A stretch of 64,000 nucleotides of DNA from a virus. The stretch spans positions 32,001-96,000 of IMG/VR virus record IMGVR_UViG_3300021961_000040. One strand, 5' to 3'. A program made the translations under genes and the position numbers. The notes under the pieces are model-generated. The model was given only the letters and a program-made list of their open reading frames with translations, searched no databases and was not told where the DNA came from. Below are positions 47,271-57,831 of this stretch, piece after piece; position 1 is the first letter of the stretch; every line of letters starts with the position of its first letter.

Positions 47271-48611
47271 ATGAATGCAGTTAAAAGAAAAGCACAAGAC
47301 TTTTTCGATACTGAATATCTTGGATATGCGAGATATGTTGTCGAAAATCGCGCCATTCCAAGTCTAGTAGACGGTTTTAAACCAAGCCAGCGCAAGATTG
47401 CTTACGCGGCCAACAAACTCTGGAAGACAGGCAAGGAAAAGCCGATGAAAGTCTTTCAGCTAGGCGGGCAAGCTGCTGCAATCTCATTCTTCCATCACGG
47501 TTCTCTTGACGGAACCATTATCGGAATGACTCAGACATTTAAAAACTCCATGCCTATCTTTCAAGGTGTGGGCCAGTTTGGCTCACTTAGATCGCCAGAA
47601 GCGGGTGCGCCTCGATACATCGGTGTGAAGTTTAACGAGAACTTTCGACGTCTCTACATGGACTTTGGTCTTACAACACCGAAGTTTGAGGAAGGACAAG
47701 AGATTGAGCCTAAGTACTTCCTCCCGATTGTTCCCACAGTGCTTCTTAATGGTGGTTCAGGGATCGCTGTGGGCTTCGCAACCAATATTTTGAACCGCAA
47801 CCCATCTGACATTATTGAAGCCTGCCTGGATCATCTGTCAGACAGGAAGATTAATCGACTCAAACCATGGATTAATGGATTTTATGGTACGGTTACTCCT
47901 ATCCCTGACACACCGAGAAGCTGGATCTTTCACGGAGATTATGAAGTCAAGAACACGTCTACAATAATTATCAATGAGATCCCGCCCAGTTGGACGTATG
48001 AGAAGTACGAAGCACATCTTGATAACCTTCAGGAAAAAGGTGTTATCACAAGTTATGACGATGAATCTTCCGACCGCGTAAAATACACAATCAAATTTCA
48101 GAGAGTAAAACTTAAAGAGCTTATGGATAAGAACAAGCTCGTGTCAACTTTAAAACTCGAAGAGCGTCAGACAGAGAACATTACTACGCTTGACGAAAGA
48201 GGCGAGCTTAAGATTTTCGAGACAACTGAAGAATTGCTTGCTTATTTTGTAGACTTTCGGTTGGGTTATTACGTCAAGCGCAAAGAGTACTTGCTTAACA
48301 AGATTGATTGTGATCTATTTATTATCAACAATCGGGTCAAGTTTATTAAGTCTATCATCGACACGAAGCTCGAGCTGCGTAATAGAAAAAGATCAGATAT
48401 TGAAAAAGATCTGCCTCTTCTTGATATTCAAAAGCATGAAGAGTCCTATCGGTATCTACTTGACATGTCCGTTCACTCACTAACAAAAGAGAAATGGGAA
48501 GAGCTTCAAAAGCATGCTGCTGATCTAAAGAAAGAACGCGAGAAAATTGAAAAGACCTCACCTGAAGATTTTTATAGAAAAGACTTGAGAGAACTTAAAA
48601 AGTTTGTTTGA
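47271..48611 (+). CDS. type IIA topoisomerase cleavage subunit (T4 gp52/GyrA-like)
   Basis: RAIPSLVDGFKPSQRK, FHHG, GQFGS, APRY (catalytic Tyr), NGGSGIAVGFAT. Confidence 0.94.
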   Translation: MNAVKRKAQDFFDTEYLGYARYVVENRAIPSLVDGFKPSQRKIAYAANKLWKTGKEKPMKVFQLGGQAAAISFFHHGSLDGTIIGMTQTFKNSMPIFQGVGQFGSLRSPEAGAPRYIGVKFNENFRRLYMDFGLTTPKFEEGQEIEPKYFLPIVPTVLLNGGSGIAVGFATNILNRNPSDIIEACLDHLSDRKINRLKPWINGFYGTVTPIPDTPRSWIFHGDYEVKNTSTIIINEIPPSWTYEKYEAHLDNLQEKGVITSYDDESSDRVKYTIKFQRVKLKELMDKNKLVSTLKLEERQTENITTLDERGELKIFETTEELLAYFVDFRLGYYVKRKEYLLNKIDCDLFIINNRVKFIKSIIDTKLELRNRKRSDIEKDLPLLDIQKHEESYRYLLDMSVHSLTKEKWEELQKHAADLKKEREKIEKTSPEDFYRKDLRELKKFV

Positions 48612-48669
48612 TTATTAGAGTGCATATTACATTAATGCAATTTAAAATAATCTCACCAAGGAGGCTGTT

Positions 48670-49170
48670 ATGGGTGGTAAAGCTCACGGCGGAAAACGCA
48701 TTAGTAGAGAAACAGCACTGAGTCTATATTCTGAGATTGTAGACCAGATGCCGACTGTTGAAAGTATCATTTTGTGCGGGAGCGCAAGACGTCTAAAGCC
48801 CACGTGCGGTGATCTAGACATTGTCGTTGTGCCTGCTCAAGATCCGAATCTCGCAGGCGAACTTGACAAGTTCTTTGTACAAATGTTCGGACATCAAAAG
48901 AGCGGAAAGTCTGCAAAGAACGGTTTGTTCCGAGGCGTCCAGACAGAGTTTTATATTGCATCTCCGAATAATTACGGAACTTTTAAGCAGATGTGGACTG
49001 GTAGTGCCTATCATAACGTTTCTTTGCGTCGTAAGGCAACCAAGATGGGATATTCTCTTTCCCAATATGGTCTTAAATGTAAATCTACGGGTGAGATTGT
49101 AGAATTCAAAAGTGAAGAGGATCTTTACAAGGCACTTGACACACCATTTAAAAAACCGGAGGATAGGTAA
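48670..49170 (+). CDS. minimal DNA polymerase X (palm plus thumb)
   Basis: CGSARR...GDLDIVV, TGSAYHN..LR..A.KMGYSLSQYGL, SEEDLY. Confidence 0.8.
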   Translation: MGGKAHGGKRISRETALSLYSEIVDQMPTVESIILCGSARRLKPTCGDLDIVVVPAQDPNLAGELDKFFVQMFGHQKSGKSAKNGLFRGVQTEFYIASPNNYGTFKQMWTGSAYHNVSLRRKATKMGYSLSQYGLKCKSTGEIVEFKSEEDLYKALDTPFKKPEDR

Positions 49171-49173
49171 ATT

Positions 49174-49404
49174 ATGGCTAATACTGAAATACTAAAAGAG
49201 TTTATTGCAAAAGTGAAACAGCTCGAGTCTGAAAAGGAAGAGCTTAAAGAATATGAGAAGCAGCTGTTTGCTGAATACAAAGATCAACTTGATGTCAAGG
49301 CTTTTCGCTATGCACTTCGAATTGCAAAGATCAAGCAGAAGCTTTCCAACACAGAAGATGCAGAAGTTGAACAGCAAGTAGAAGTTCTTCTCGAGCAGTT
49401 TTGA
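49174..49404 (+). CDS. GapR/DUF2312-like small DNA-binding protein
   Basis: LKEFIAKVKQLESEKEELKE..KQLFAEYK..LDVKAFR.ALRI. Confidence 0.55.
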   Translation: MANTEILKEFIAKVKQLESEKEELKEYEKQLFAEYKDQLDVKAFRYALRIAKIKQKLSNTEDAEVEQQVEVLLEQF

Positions 49405-49608
49405 TGGATGCACCAGAAGTCTCTGATGTCAAATCAATTCTGGTAGAGCATTGGGAAAATGCTTTTCATGTGTCTTCAACTTCTTCAGAAGTACATGTTT
49501 ATGTTGAAGTTGAAGATACTGATGCCGACCCAGGGCTTTGGAATCACATTCCTATGCGCTATGGCAAAAAGTATGTGATGATATTTAAAGTTCCTATAGG
49601 TTATATTG

Positions 49609-50103
49609 ATGTCTTCTTACGTGCTAAGACCAAAAGTTGATGTAGTTATTGTTGAGAAAAAAACTCGAGGAAAGTTCCCGGGTGAGAAAGCTCCAGCAGG
49701 TACAGTAGGCTTGGTATGGTCTAGATGGGTATCAAACAGTCAATGGTCAACAGAAAAGATTTCTCTTTTAACAGAAAGCGGAACTATGCTGTTTACAACA
49801 GCAAGTTGTGCTTCTAAAACAGGTAATATAACTAATTTTCCTAAATTAATGGAAGCTTATAAACGGCATGCTGAAGAAGAATTTGTCCCTGTTTTTGGTT
49901 TTGTTAAAAAACCTGCACAGGAGTATCAACAACAGGTACAATCTTTAATTGTAAAATTCATATCGAAAGATCGTTTTACCTCAGTGCCTATTTCTTGTAT
50001 TCATTACGAAGACTTGGACGAAATATTTAATTCTAACTCAGAAGAGAATTTTTTCTGTATAAGAATTGAACCTTGGTTCTTAGAAAAAGCAGGCATACTT
50101 TAG
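49609..50103 (+). CDS. hypothetical protein
   Basis: about 164 aa ORF in operon. Confidence 0.5.
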   Translation: MSSYVLRPKVDVVIVEKKTRGKFPGEKAPAGTVGLVWSRWVSNSQWSTEKISLLTESGTMLFTTASCASKTGNITNFPKLMEAYKRHAEEEFVPVFGFVKKPAQEYQQQVQSLIVKFISKDRFTSVPISCIHYEDLDEIFNSNSEENFFCIRIEPWFLEKAGIL

Positions 50104-50153
50104 AGTGTATAGCTTCAAAATATGTTTTAAAATAATCTTATCAAGGAGGAAAA

Positions 50154-50921
50154 ATGAGCCTTTACATTACTGAAAATGATGCTAGAGAAATTCTGAGCCG
50201 CATGAAGGGATTTGAATCAGACCTACGCAGCGTTTACGAAAACTGGTCTTACGACTTCCGAGAAAATCTTGGCAGACGAAATGCTCTTGTGTCTATGGCA
50301 CAGGAAACTGAAACTGCACGCGTCTTGTCACGTAAGTTCCGCGATGTTTCTTCTGATGGTGCACCAGGCAAACCTGATATTGTTATCGGCGAAATCAATG
50401 TTGAGCTTGAGTGTAAACTGACAAGTGGATCTAGGGCTGGTAATTGTGTCAGCTTCGATTTTCGAACTGACTGGGAAACCATCTGTAACAAGGCGCAGCT
50501 TGACTACATTTACATTCTTGCAGATGAAAACTTCGAGAAGTTTGCCTTTCTATTTTTTGAAGGTCTTACTTCTGACGACTTCTTTCCGCCAGCAAGCGGT
50601 TCACGTGGAAAGTCTCGTATGAACAAGGAGAAGGGGATGAAGAAGTGTACTCCACTCTTTGGAGCCTTTATCAGGCGAAACGATACATATATCGATGCAC
50701 TTAATGCTGACATCAAAGAAGCAACTACAAAGTTCAAGGACAGAATGTATGAGCTTCGTAATCGCTCTGTTTCTACTAAAACGCAGAGTGATAGAATTCG
50801 TTATCTCATTGCTTCTGAAATGGGCCGTCTTGAAAAGAAAATGACGAAGCTCCAGGAGCGAATTTCTTACTGGGAAGATTCTCCCGACAGTTTTACTTTC
50901 ATTCTCGAGAGTTTGAATTAA
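50154..50921 (+). CDS. PD-(D/E)XK restriction-endonuclease-like protein
   Basis: E...GKPDIVIGEINVELECKLT; AAGGAGG SD. Confidence 0.55.
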   Translation: MSLYITENDAREILSRMKGFESDLRSVYENWSYDFRENLGRRNALVSMAQETETARVLSRKFRDVSSDGAPGKPDIVIGEINVELECKLTSGSRAGNCVSFDFRTDWETICNKAQLDYIYILADENFEKFAFLFFEGLTSDDFFPPASGSRGKSRMNKEKGMKKCTPLFGAFIRRNDTYIDALNADIKEATTKFKDRMYELRNRSVSTKTQSDRIRYLIASEMGRLEKKMTKLQERISYWEDSPDSFTFILESLN

Positions 50922-50987
50922 TTGCACATTGAGTGCAATTGCAACCTAATTAATATATAATAAAAAAGCCAACATACAGGAGATACA

Positions 50988-51743
50988 ATGAAAATCAATG
51001 TGGCAATCGATGAAATCCCGTTTGGAACCTCTATCCAGGACATTACTGTTCCTGATGTTCTAAAAAAGCGAATTCCGACAGGCTTGGAGTACTTCGATGC
51101 TGCAATTGGCGGCGAAGGCTTTACGCCCTCCATGGTAACACTTTTTACTGGAACACCAGGTTGCGGAAAGACTACCATGATGTTGACACTTGCAAATTCT
51201 CTGCAGGGCCACGGTGCCCAGGTAATCTTCAATACTGCTGAGGAGTCTCTCCACCAGGTAAAGATGACAACTGATCGTCTTCGACTTCGTAATTCGTTTA
51301 TGGTCGGTGGCCTAGACAATGTCGAAACTCTGCTTAAGGGTTGTGACAAGGTGCGTGCTGCTTATCCTGATCGTCCATTTTTTCTAATTGTTGATTCTTT
51401 GCAGTGTATGAACGACGGTTATTTCAAGAGTAATCGGATTACTTCTGCAACAAGCGAACGCGCACTGCAGCTGATTACTAACTACGCAAAGGAACATGCT
51501 TGCAATATTCTTGTAATCGGACAGGTTACCAAGGATGGCAAGATGGCCGGCTCTAACAAACTTAAGCACATGGTTGACTCTCATATTCATCTTTCTGTTG
51601 AAGAGAAGGATGAGGACCTCCGGGGCTGTCGTGTTCTTGAAACGCAGAAAAATCGTTTTGGTGGTTGCGGCCATATTGTCTTCCTTAACCTTCGCAAGAG
51701 CGGTTTCCAGGAAGTTGCACGAATCTCCGCAGCAGGTATTTAA
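50988..51743 (+). CDS. RadA/Sms-like RecA-family ATPase
   Basis: GTPGCGKTT, AEES, VDSLQ, GQVTKDGKMAG..LKHMVD, KNRFG. Confidence 0.88.
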   Translation: MKINVAIDEIPFGTSIQDITVPDVLKKRIPTGLEYFDAAIGGEGFTPSMVTLFTGTPGCGKTTMMLTLANSLQGHGAQVIFNTAEESLHQVKMTTDRLRLRNSFMVGGLDNVETLLKGCDKVRAAYPDRPFFLIVDSLQCMNDGYFKSNRITSATSERALQLITNYAKEHACNILVIGQVTKDGKMAGSNKLKHMVDSHIHLSVEEKDEDLRGCRVLETQKNRFGGCGHIVFLNLRKSGFQEVARISAAGI

Positions 51744-51746
51744 TCA

Positions 51747-51779
51747 ATATTCCTCGGGGAATTTTTCCCCGAGGAATAT
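51747..51779. terminator. perfect 15 bp inverted repeat, probable terminator
   Basis: ATATTCCTCGGGGAA-TTT-TTCCCCGAGGAATAT right after radA-like stop. Confidence 0.7.
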
Positions 51780-52049
51780 AAATAATCTTGTTAAGATGTG
51801 TGGGAGTCACATGACAAAAATTTTAAAGACCGCAGCTATGTGCTTAGCTGCTATAACAGTTGTAATTTTATTTGCGCTCATCTCTCTGGTCAACCAGGAA
51901 GAAGTAGCTACAGATTACGTTTTAGAACCTTATAATACACAATACGTTCTGCATGACTTAGTCAAGACATACGAAGTTACTGAAGATACTGGAATATTTT
52001 TATCTGACGGCCGCAAGGTCGACTACTGTGAATACGAATAGAGGTAGTT

Positions 52050-52449
52050 ATGAACATGGTGACTGTAGTACGATGCTGTAACTAAGGTTGCGCCTAAACA
52101 AGATACAACTTCGTATCATGTTGTTGCTTTTGTGAAGCGAGGTAATCATATCGTCGCTGCAGCAAATAACGAAAAGTCTTCTCCTAAGTTTCTTAGGTTT
52201 TATGCAAAGGGCTGTACTACGCGTGCGTATACCGGTCATGCTGAAATGATCCTTTGTGACAAGCTCAAGGGTGATATAAAGGGTAAGACTGTGTATGTTG
52301 CTAGGTTTTTGCGTGACGGAACACCCACAATGGCACGGCCATGCAAGCATTGCCAGCGTCATCTCTTTGAGCATGGTGTTCGGCGTGTTCGGTATACCGA
52401 CTGGAATGGAAAGTGGAAGAAGATGAAGATTGTGGAAGTTCCTTATTGA
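52050..52449 (+). CDS. cytidine deaminase-like zinc protein, apparent frameshift near 52068
   Basis: HAE...ARPCKHC; conserved HVVAFV..G..IV...N lies upstream of the listed GTG start; SD GAGGT before ATG 52050 in another frame. Confidence 0.7.
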
Positions 52450-52500
52450 GTGTAAAAGTAACAAAAGAAGAGTAAAGTAACAAAACAAAGAGGAGGAAAT

Positions 52501-53025
52501 ATGAAAAATCTTCATCCAAACATCAGAACACTGGGTAACCACCAGATGGTAACGAATTCTCAACGTGATCGTCACATCGATAATATTAACAGCTATAATA
52601 ACAATTATAGTGATGGGTCAATTTCTTTTTTTGGCGTCGAAATTGACTTCGAGTGGGATAACCAAGTAAAGAGTTGGCAATGCAGCTTTCCACACATGGT
52701 AAATGATGAAGATCTTGTAAGCGCACTTGATAAACTTTATAAGGTTCTTGATACTTCGACTATTGCCTCCACAGAAGAAGTTTTTTCTGACGAAGCTAAA
52801 TTGGAATATATCGACTTTATTGAAAAATATGGACATGATAATTCTCGTTCTCCTATTTTTTATGACGGAGAAGCTTCAACATGGGTCGCCGCACGAGGTA
52901 GTAAATATCTTGCAATTAAGGTTAACAAAGTAACTTCTGGAAATTTTGAAGATTGGATTCTTACACCAGAAATTAGATCCTTTGATCATGATGATGTAGT
53001 TTACTTTTACGATGACTGGATGTGA
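52501..53025 (+). CDS. hypothetical protein
   Basis: own promoter at 52450, GAGGAGG SD. Confidence 0.6.
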   Translation: MKNLHPNIRTLGNHQMVTNSQRDRHIDNINSYNNNYSDGSISFFGVEIDFEWDNQVKSWQCSFPHMVNDEDLVSALDKLYKVLDTSTIASTEEVFSDEAKLEYIDFIEKYGHDNSRSPIFYDGEASTWVAARGSKYLAIKVNKVTSGNFEDWILTPEIRSFDHDDVVYFYDDWM

Positions 53026-53232
53026 AAATGTACTGTGTAACGATTTATAACAAAAAGAAGCACTGTGATGTAGGGCCTGCTTTCTTTTCTGGGCATGGTG
53101 AAAAATACAAGTCCTTGTCAGATGCAAGAAAAGCTGCCGAAGACTGGCTTGCGCAGCAAAACGAATCAGAAGATTTACAAATCAAAGATTTACAAATCAA
53201 TGCACAGATTGTAGGGTGTCTATAGGTTAATT

Positions 53233-53308
53233 GCCATTGTAGCTCAGTTGGTAGAGCTTCGGTTTTGTAAACCGACGGTCGCAGGTTCGACTCCTGTCAA
53301 TGGCTCCA
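53233..53308 (+). tRNA. tRNA-Thr(UGU)
   Basis: cloverleaf, anticodon loop TTTGTAA, GGTTCGACT, CCA. Confidence 0.95.
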
Positions 53309-53312
53309 TTTT

Positions 53313-53407
53313 AGAAGTGTGGCCGAGCGATTGAAGGAATTTAAATGGAAATGTTTTCCTTTTAAAATAAAGATATTGTTCAAAGAAGATATAGAAAAGT
53401 TAGAATT
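53313..53407 (+). pseudogene. 5' remnant of a tRNA-Ser-like gene fused to a nuclease-like ORF tail
   Basis: AGAAGTGTGGCCGAGCGATTGAAGG then reading frame KWKCFPFKIKILFKEDIEKL. Confidence 0.4.
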
Positions 53408-53495
53408 GGAAGTGACCCGGCTGGATGAGGACACCGCCTTGAAAGCGGCTGGAGTTTAAAAGCTCTTCGGGGTTCGAGTCCCCGCGCTTCCGCCA
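53408..53495 (+). tRNA. tRNA-Ser(UGA), atypical D-arm
   Basis: GGAAGTG/CGCTTCC-G-CCA, loop CTTGAAA, long variable arm. Confidence 0.85.
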
Positions 53496-53659
53496 CTACT
53501 CAATTAAGACAGGTGATAAAATGTATCCTAAGTTTTTCCAAACCATGATGGGGCAGTCTTTCTTTGAAGGTCAAGTCCCAAGACTTATCAAAGCACTTGA
53601 GAAACTAGCCTGTGAGATCCAACGCTATAACGACGCACAAGAAAGAAAAAAGTCAAAGG

Positions 53660-54004
53660 ATGAAAAAGATGTATGAATACAGAGCTTTTGTTAGAAAAGT
53701 ATACGACGGAGATACGATTACAGTTGACATTGATCTAGGCTTTGAAGTAATGCTAAAGAATCAGAAACTTAGGCTTTACGGAATTAATACGCCCGAAGTT
53801 CGAGGAGAATCAAGAGAAGAAGGCACCAAGGTAAGAGATGCTTTGAGAACAAGAATCTCCAACAAGTGGATTAAAGTCAAGACTCATCGAGATCAAAAGG
53901 GTAAATATGGCCGGTGGCTAGCAGAAATTTACGATGATTCCGAAGAGTCAATTAACCAGTGGTTACTTAGTGAAGGCCATGCAGTAGAATTTATGAAAGG
54001 ATAA
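53660..54004 (+). CDS. thermonuclease (SNase-like) family protein
   Basis: KVYDGDTI.VDIDLGF, RLYGINTPE, KGKYGRWLA. Confidence 0.85.
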   Translation: MKKMYEYRAFVRKVYDGDTITVDIDLGFEVMLKNQKLRLYGINTPEVRGESREEGTKVRDALRTRISNKWIKVKTHRDQKGKYGRWLAEIYDDSEESINQWLLSEGHAVEFMKG

Positions 54005-54006
54005 AA

Positions 54007-54333
54007 ATGTTAAACGTAACAGATAGTACATTTAAAGAAGAAGTATTAGATTTTGACGGAACAGTCTTTGTTGATTTTTGGGCGCCCTGGTGTGGGCCCT
54101 GTAAAGTCATGTTACCTATTTATGAAAAACTAGCAGACACTTACACTTCAGAATCTGTTAAGTTTGTCAAGTACGAAGCAGGCGCTGAAGATTGCACACA
54201 AGCATTAAAAGAATACGGAATCAGCGGAATTCCTACCTTTATTGCTTTTCGTTCGAGCAGAGATCCTATTAAATTTGTAGGTGCCGGCGACTTAGAAGGT
54301 TTTATTAACAGGACTTTAACATCTAATGATTGA
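54007..54333 (+). CDS. trxA: thioredoxin
   Basis: VDFWAPWCGPCK, GIPT. Confidence 0.93.
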   Translation: MLNVTDSTFKEEVLDFDGTVFVDFWAPWCGPCKVMLPIYEKLADTYTSESVKFVKYEAGAEDCTQALKEYGISGIPTFIAFRSSRDPIKFVGAGDLEGFINRTLTSND

Positions 54334-55378
54334 TTACGTAGACATCGTATGTGGTTTGTCTTGGGGTGACGAAGGAAAAGGTAAAGTAACTTCTCACCTA
54401 GTTTCAAAAAATGATTATGATTATGTCTGTCGATGGGCTGGCGGCTCCAATGCTGGACATACTATTTACGTAGACGGAAAAAAATACAAGACGCATATTG
54501 TTCCAGCAGGCGTGTTTCATGGAATCAAGTCTGTAATTGGCCCGGGCTGCGTATTACATGTAGAGTCTTTTTATAAAGAACTCAAATATCTTTCAGAAGC
54601 AGGTTTTGATACTTCCCTGGTTAAGGTTTCACCAAGAGCACATATTGTAACAGAAGCTCATCGAAATATTGACAGCGGCACCTATGCAAAAAGGTTAGGC
54701 ACGACTTCGTCCGGTATTGGTCCTGCTTATTCAGACAAAGCTTCACGTACAGGAAATCGTGCTCAAGACGTCTTACCTGAAAATCTACTTTGGAATGAAA
54801 AGTTTGATTCTGACCCAAGAGATTCTGACCCAAGAGATCTCGGTGCAAAGATCTTGTGCGAAGGAGCACAGGGGATCTGGTTAGATATCGACTGGGGTAA
54901 CTATCCGTATGTAACGTCATCTAACACACTACCTTATGCTGCCTGCAGCCTTGGATTCCCGCCCCAGAAAATTAGACAAGTGTGGGGTTGCGCAAAAGCT
55001 TATGACACACGCTCAGGATATGATCCTGAATTTCCAGAAGAACTTGCAGAAGACGCACATCTTAGCTTTCTTCAAGAAGAGGGTCAAGAGTTTGGAGTCA
55101 CAACAGGACGCAAGCGTGCTGTAAATTGGTTAAATATTGACAGGCTCATTCGCGCTATGAACATGACAGGGACAACTCACCTTGTTGTTTCAAAATGTGA
55201 TGTGCTAGAAAAGTCAGATGTTATAAAAGTAAAGTTTGCTGGGGGTCGTTTTGAACCCGACACTTACATGAAGATTCCTTCTATTTCTAAGTTTGAAAGC
55301 TTTATTATCAAGCAAATTAGAGAAAACTGTGAAGAGATTAAAACGATCAAGTTTTCTTATTCACCTGAGACAATTTGA
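54326..55378 (+). CDS. purA: adenylosuccinate synthetase (short form)
   Basis: WGDEGKGK, GGSNAGHT, GIGPAYSDK, EGAQG..LDID.G.YPYVTSS, EFGVTTGRKR. Confidence 0.92.
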   Translation: MIDYVDIVCGLSWGDEGKGKVTSHLVSKNDYDYVCRWAGGSNAGHTIYVDGKKYKTHIVPAGVFHGIKSVIGPGCVLHVESFYKELKYLSEAGFDTSLVKVSPRAHIVTEAHRNIDSGTYAKRLGTTSSGIGPAYSDKASRTGNRAQDVLPENLLWNEKFDSDPRDSDPRDLGAKILCEGAQGIWLDIDWGNYPYVTSSNTLPYAACSLGFPPQKIRQVWGCAKAYDTRSGYDPEFPEELAEDAHLSFLQEEGQEFGVTTGRKRAVNWLNIDRLIRAMNMTGTTHLVVSKCDVLEKSDVIKVKFAGGRFEPDTYMKIPSISKFESFIIKQIRENCEEIKTIKFSYSPETI

Positions 55379-55488
55379 GCTCGGAGCGCAAGATGTCTTG
55401 CACTATATACGTACGTGCGCGAGAGACATATTAGAGTGCAAATAAAATAAAAGTACTTTAAAATAATCTCAAAGGAAGGGAAAGAGAG

Positions 55489-55950
55489 ATGTTTTCTACG
55501 GCACGAAAGAAGGCCCGGGACATTTTGCTTGAAGAAGCAAAGCGTCAAATGTACAGAAATCAGGTTGTCTTTACTGAAGACACGAGACCTGTTGACTCTG
55601 TCAGGGCACTATACGCTCAACTTAATACAGAGTTGTTTGAAGGTCTCTTGCCTCAAATTGAAGTCAAAATGAATAGTCGTCTAAGAAAAACTCTTGGCAA
55701 AGCCTTCTATATTATTGAGTCGGGTGGAAAGATTCGTCCGACTAGAATTGAGATTAAGAAGAATCATAAGTGGACCCCTCGCTTTCTTAGAAAAGTTATG
55801 ACTCATGAGATGTGTCATATCTGGGCTTATCACTTCCACAATGAAAAAGGACATGGAAAGATGTTCTGGTCTAAGATGAAAGAGCTGGGTTATCCAAAGA
55901 CTCATGTCTGGGATGATGCTTTGACCTGCGAGAAAGATATTTGGTCTTGA
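55489..55950 (+). CDS. SprT-like zinc metalloprotease
   Basis: NSRLRKTLG, THEMCH, GHGKMFW. Confidence 0.85.
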   Translation: MFSTARKKARDILLEEAKRQMYRNQVVFTEDTRPVDSVRALYAQLNTELFEGLLPQIEVKMNSRLRKTLGKAFYIIESGGKIRPTRIEIKKNHKWTPRFLRKVMTHEMCHIWAYHFHNEKGHGKMFWSKMKELGYPKTHVWDDALTCEKDIWS

Positions 55951-56510
55951 GTGTAAAACTCAACAATGATGTGTTAATATACAAATTACCTAAGTGGAGA
56001 AAACAAACTGTATGTCACGTAATGATGATTTGGAAATTGAGTCCGGACCTTATGTTGTGTTGAGCGACGGAAGTCTTTTTGATGATGCTTTTGAGTGTGA
56101 AATCGCTTATATGAGCAGAATTGCCGAAGATGAAGTCTTGATTACACAGAATAGAGGGTGGAAATCGGGTGATGGGCCAGCTATACATTTTGATGCTGCT
56201 GAACCCGACCAAATTTATTCTATTCCTCTTCGAGAAATTATTCGATTTTACTTTGAGAATCACCCAGAAGAGGATCCGATGAGATGATTTATACAGCCAT
56301 CTATTGGAGTACATGCTCTGGTGAGTTTTCTCGGGCAGTTGTTTTTAACGCGTCTTATAATAAAGAAGATGCCTGGAACATCGCTCTAGAAATGCTGGGT
56401 AAACATGAGTGGGAAATGCTCGTTTGTCTTGTTCCGGGCAGCCATGAAACTTGGGCCCCTTGTATGCATTAAGCCTCACTTAAGTATTAAAATATCAATA
56501 CGAGGTAAAA

Positions 56511-57251
56511 ATGATCAATTACAACATTATTGAAGAACTTAATAGTTTTACTGAAACGATTGCTGATACCGTTTGTGAAAGTGTTATGTCGACAAGCTTT
56601 GACGCGACCTTTAATGACGAATGGTTTGTAAGTGAGATTCGAGAAAGAGTAAATGTTCCTTTCCCGATCAAACAGTTCTTTTATCTCGATTTTGACATCC
56701 CAAATACAATCAGTTCAATCAACGATGAAACTGACAATATTGTAGTGACAATTGCACTTTTCGTGGGAAATGATTCTCTTTCTATTTCTGCAGATAACAG
56801 TCCAGTTGATGGATCACCTGTCGGAATGCATATCAATATCTTCCTAACAGACGAATGTGATCTAAAAAGTGATGTCAACATAGATATTTTTATGTTTGAG
56901 CTTGAAAACTCTATTAGACACGAACTTGAGCATATTCTGCAAGAAGAGTTTTCCGAAGCAGTAGAGTACCTTGACTATCACAAGATTGATTTTAGATCCT
57001 GCAAGGATCCTTCAAGTCTCTGTCTATATCTCGTGCAGCCTGCAGAAGTCTCTGCACATGTTCGAGGTTACGAGAAGGTATCTCAAACTCATTTTGACTT
57101 TTATAGGGCAGTCATTAGTCTTCTTCGTGGATATACTCAGAAAGGATTCTTATCTGATGATGAAGAAATGCGCGTCTTTTTGTGTTGGAAAGACTGGTTT
57201 GAGAGAAATACTTATATTAAAGAAAAGGGAGCAGAACTATGTGCGAAGTAG
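56511..57251 (+). CDS. HExxH-type hypothetical protein
   Basis: RHELEH...YLVQPAEVSAH. Confidence 0.55.
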   Translation: MINYNIIEELNSFTETIADTVCESVMSTSFDATFNDEWFVSEIRERVNVPFPIKQFFYLDFDIPNTISSINDETDNIVVTIALFVGNDSLSISADNSPVDGSPVGMHINIFLTDECDLKSDVNIDIFMFELENSIRHELEHILQEEFSEAVEYLDYHKIDFRSCKDPSSLCLYLVQPAEVSAHVRGYEKVSQTHFDFYRAVISLLRGYTQKGFLSDDEEMRVFLCWKDWFERNTYIKEKGAELCAK

Positions 57252-57831
57252 TTTCCTTGTCTGAATACAAAAAGTCTCTTGAGAAAAAGCAGACTCAGAT
57301 TGAGCTAGATTTTCTCTATCAACAGGTAGATGAAATTATGGAGAAAATTGGCGAAATCGAACCAGAACCCTTTTATAATAACGACGAAATTGTTGACGGT
57401 TTACTTAAGAACGGGCTTCAGCTCGGACCGTCCGAATCTGCGCTTTTTAGCGCATACTATTCCCTGGTTGGTGAAGGCAGAGAAGATCTGGCTGAGCTTG
57501 TCTTGGGAATCCTTGAGATGAAATGAGTGCAAATAATTCCAATATGATTTAAGATAAAATGGGAGCAATAATGAAGTACTCACTTAAGCAAGTAGTTGTA
57601 GATAGCCTCGGAAATCGTGGGCAGATTGTAGACTTTAAAGCTCTTGACGGACAAAACTTTTATCAAGTTTTGCTTGACAAGGATTGGGCCACAGGAAAGG
57701 CAGACTTTTTTCCCGAAGAAAATCTTAGGCTTCCCCCGAGACTCCAGAAGGCATCTTAGGCGCTCTACGTTGATCTCTGTTGATCTTTAAAACAATCTAT
57801 GATTGTATAATCATTTCGAAGGAGAAAAGAA

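Noticed and set aside
54326-55378. PurZ (Z-genome) pathway
   Set aside because: The motif is GDEGKG with the PurA catalytic Asp, not the Ser of PurZ; no datZ/mazZ seen nearby
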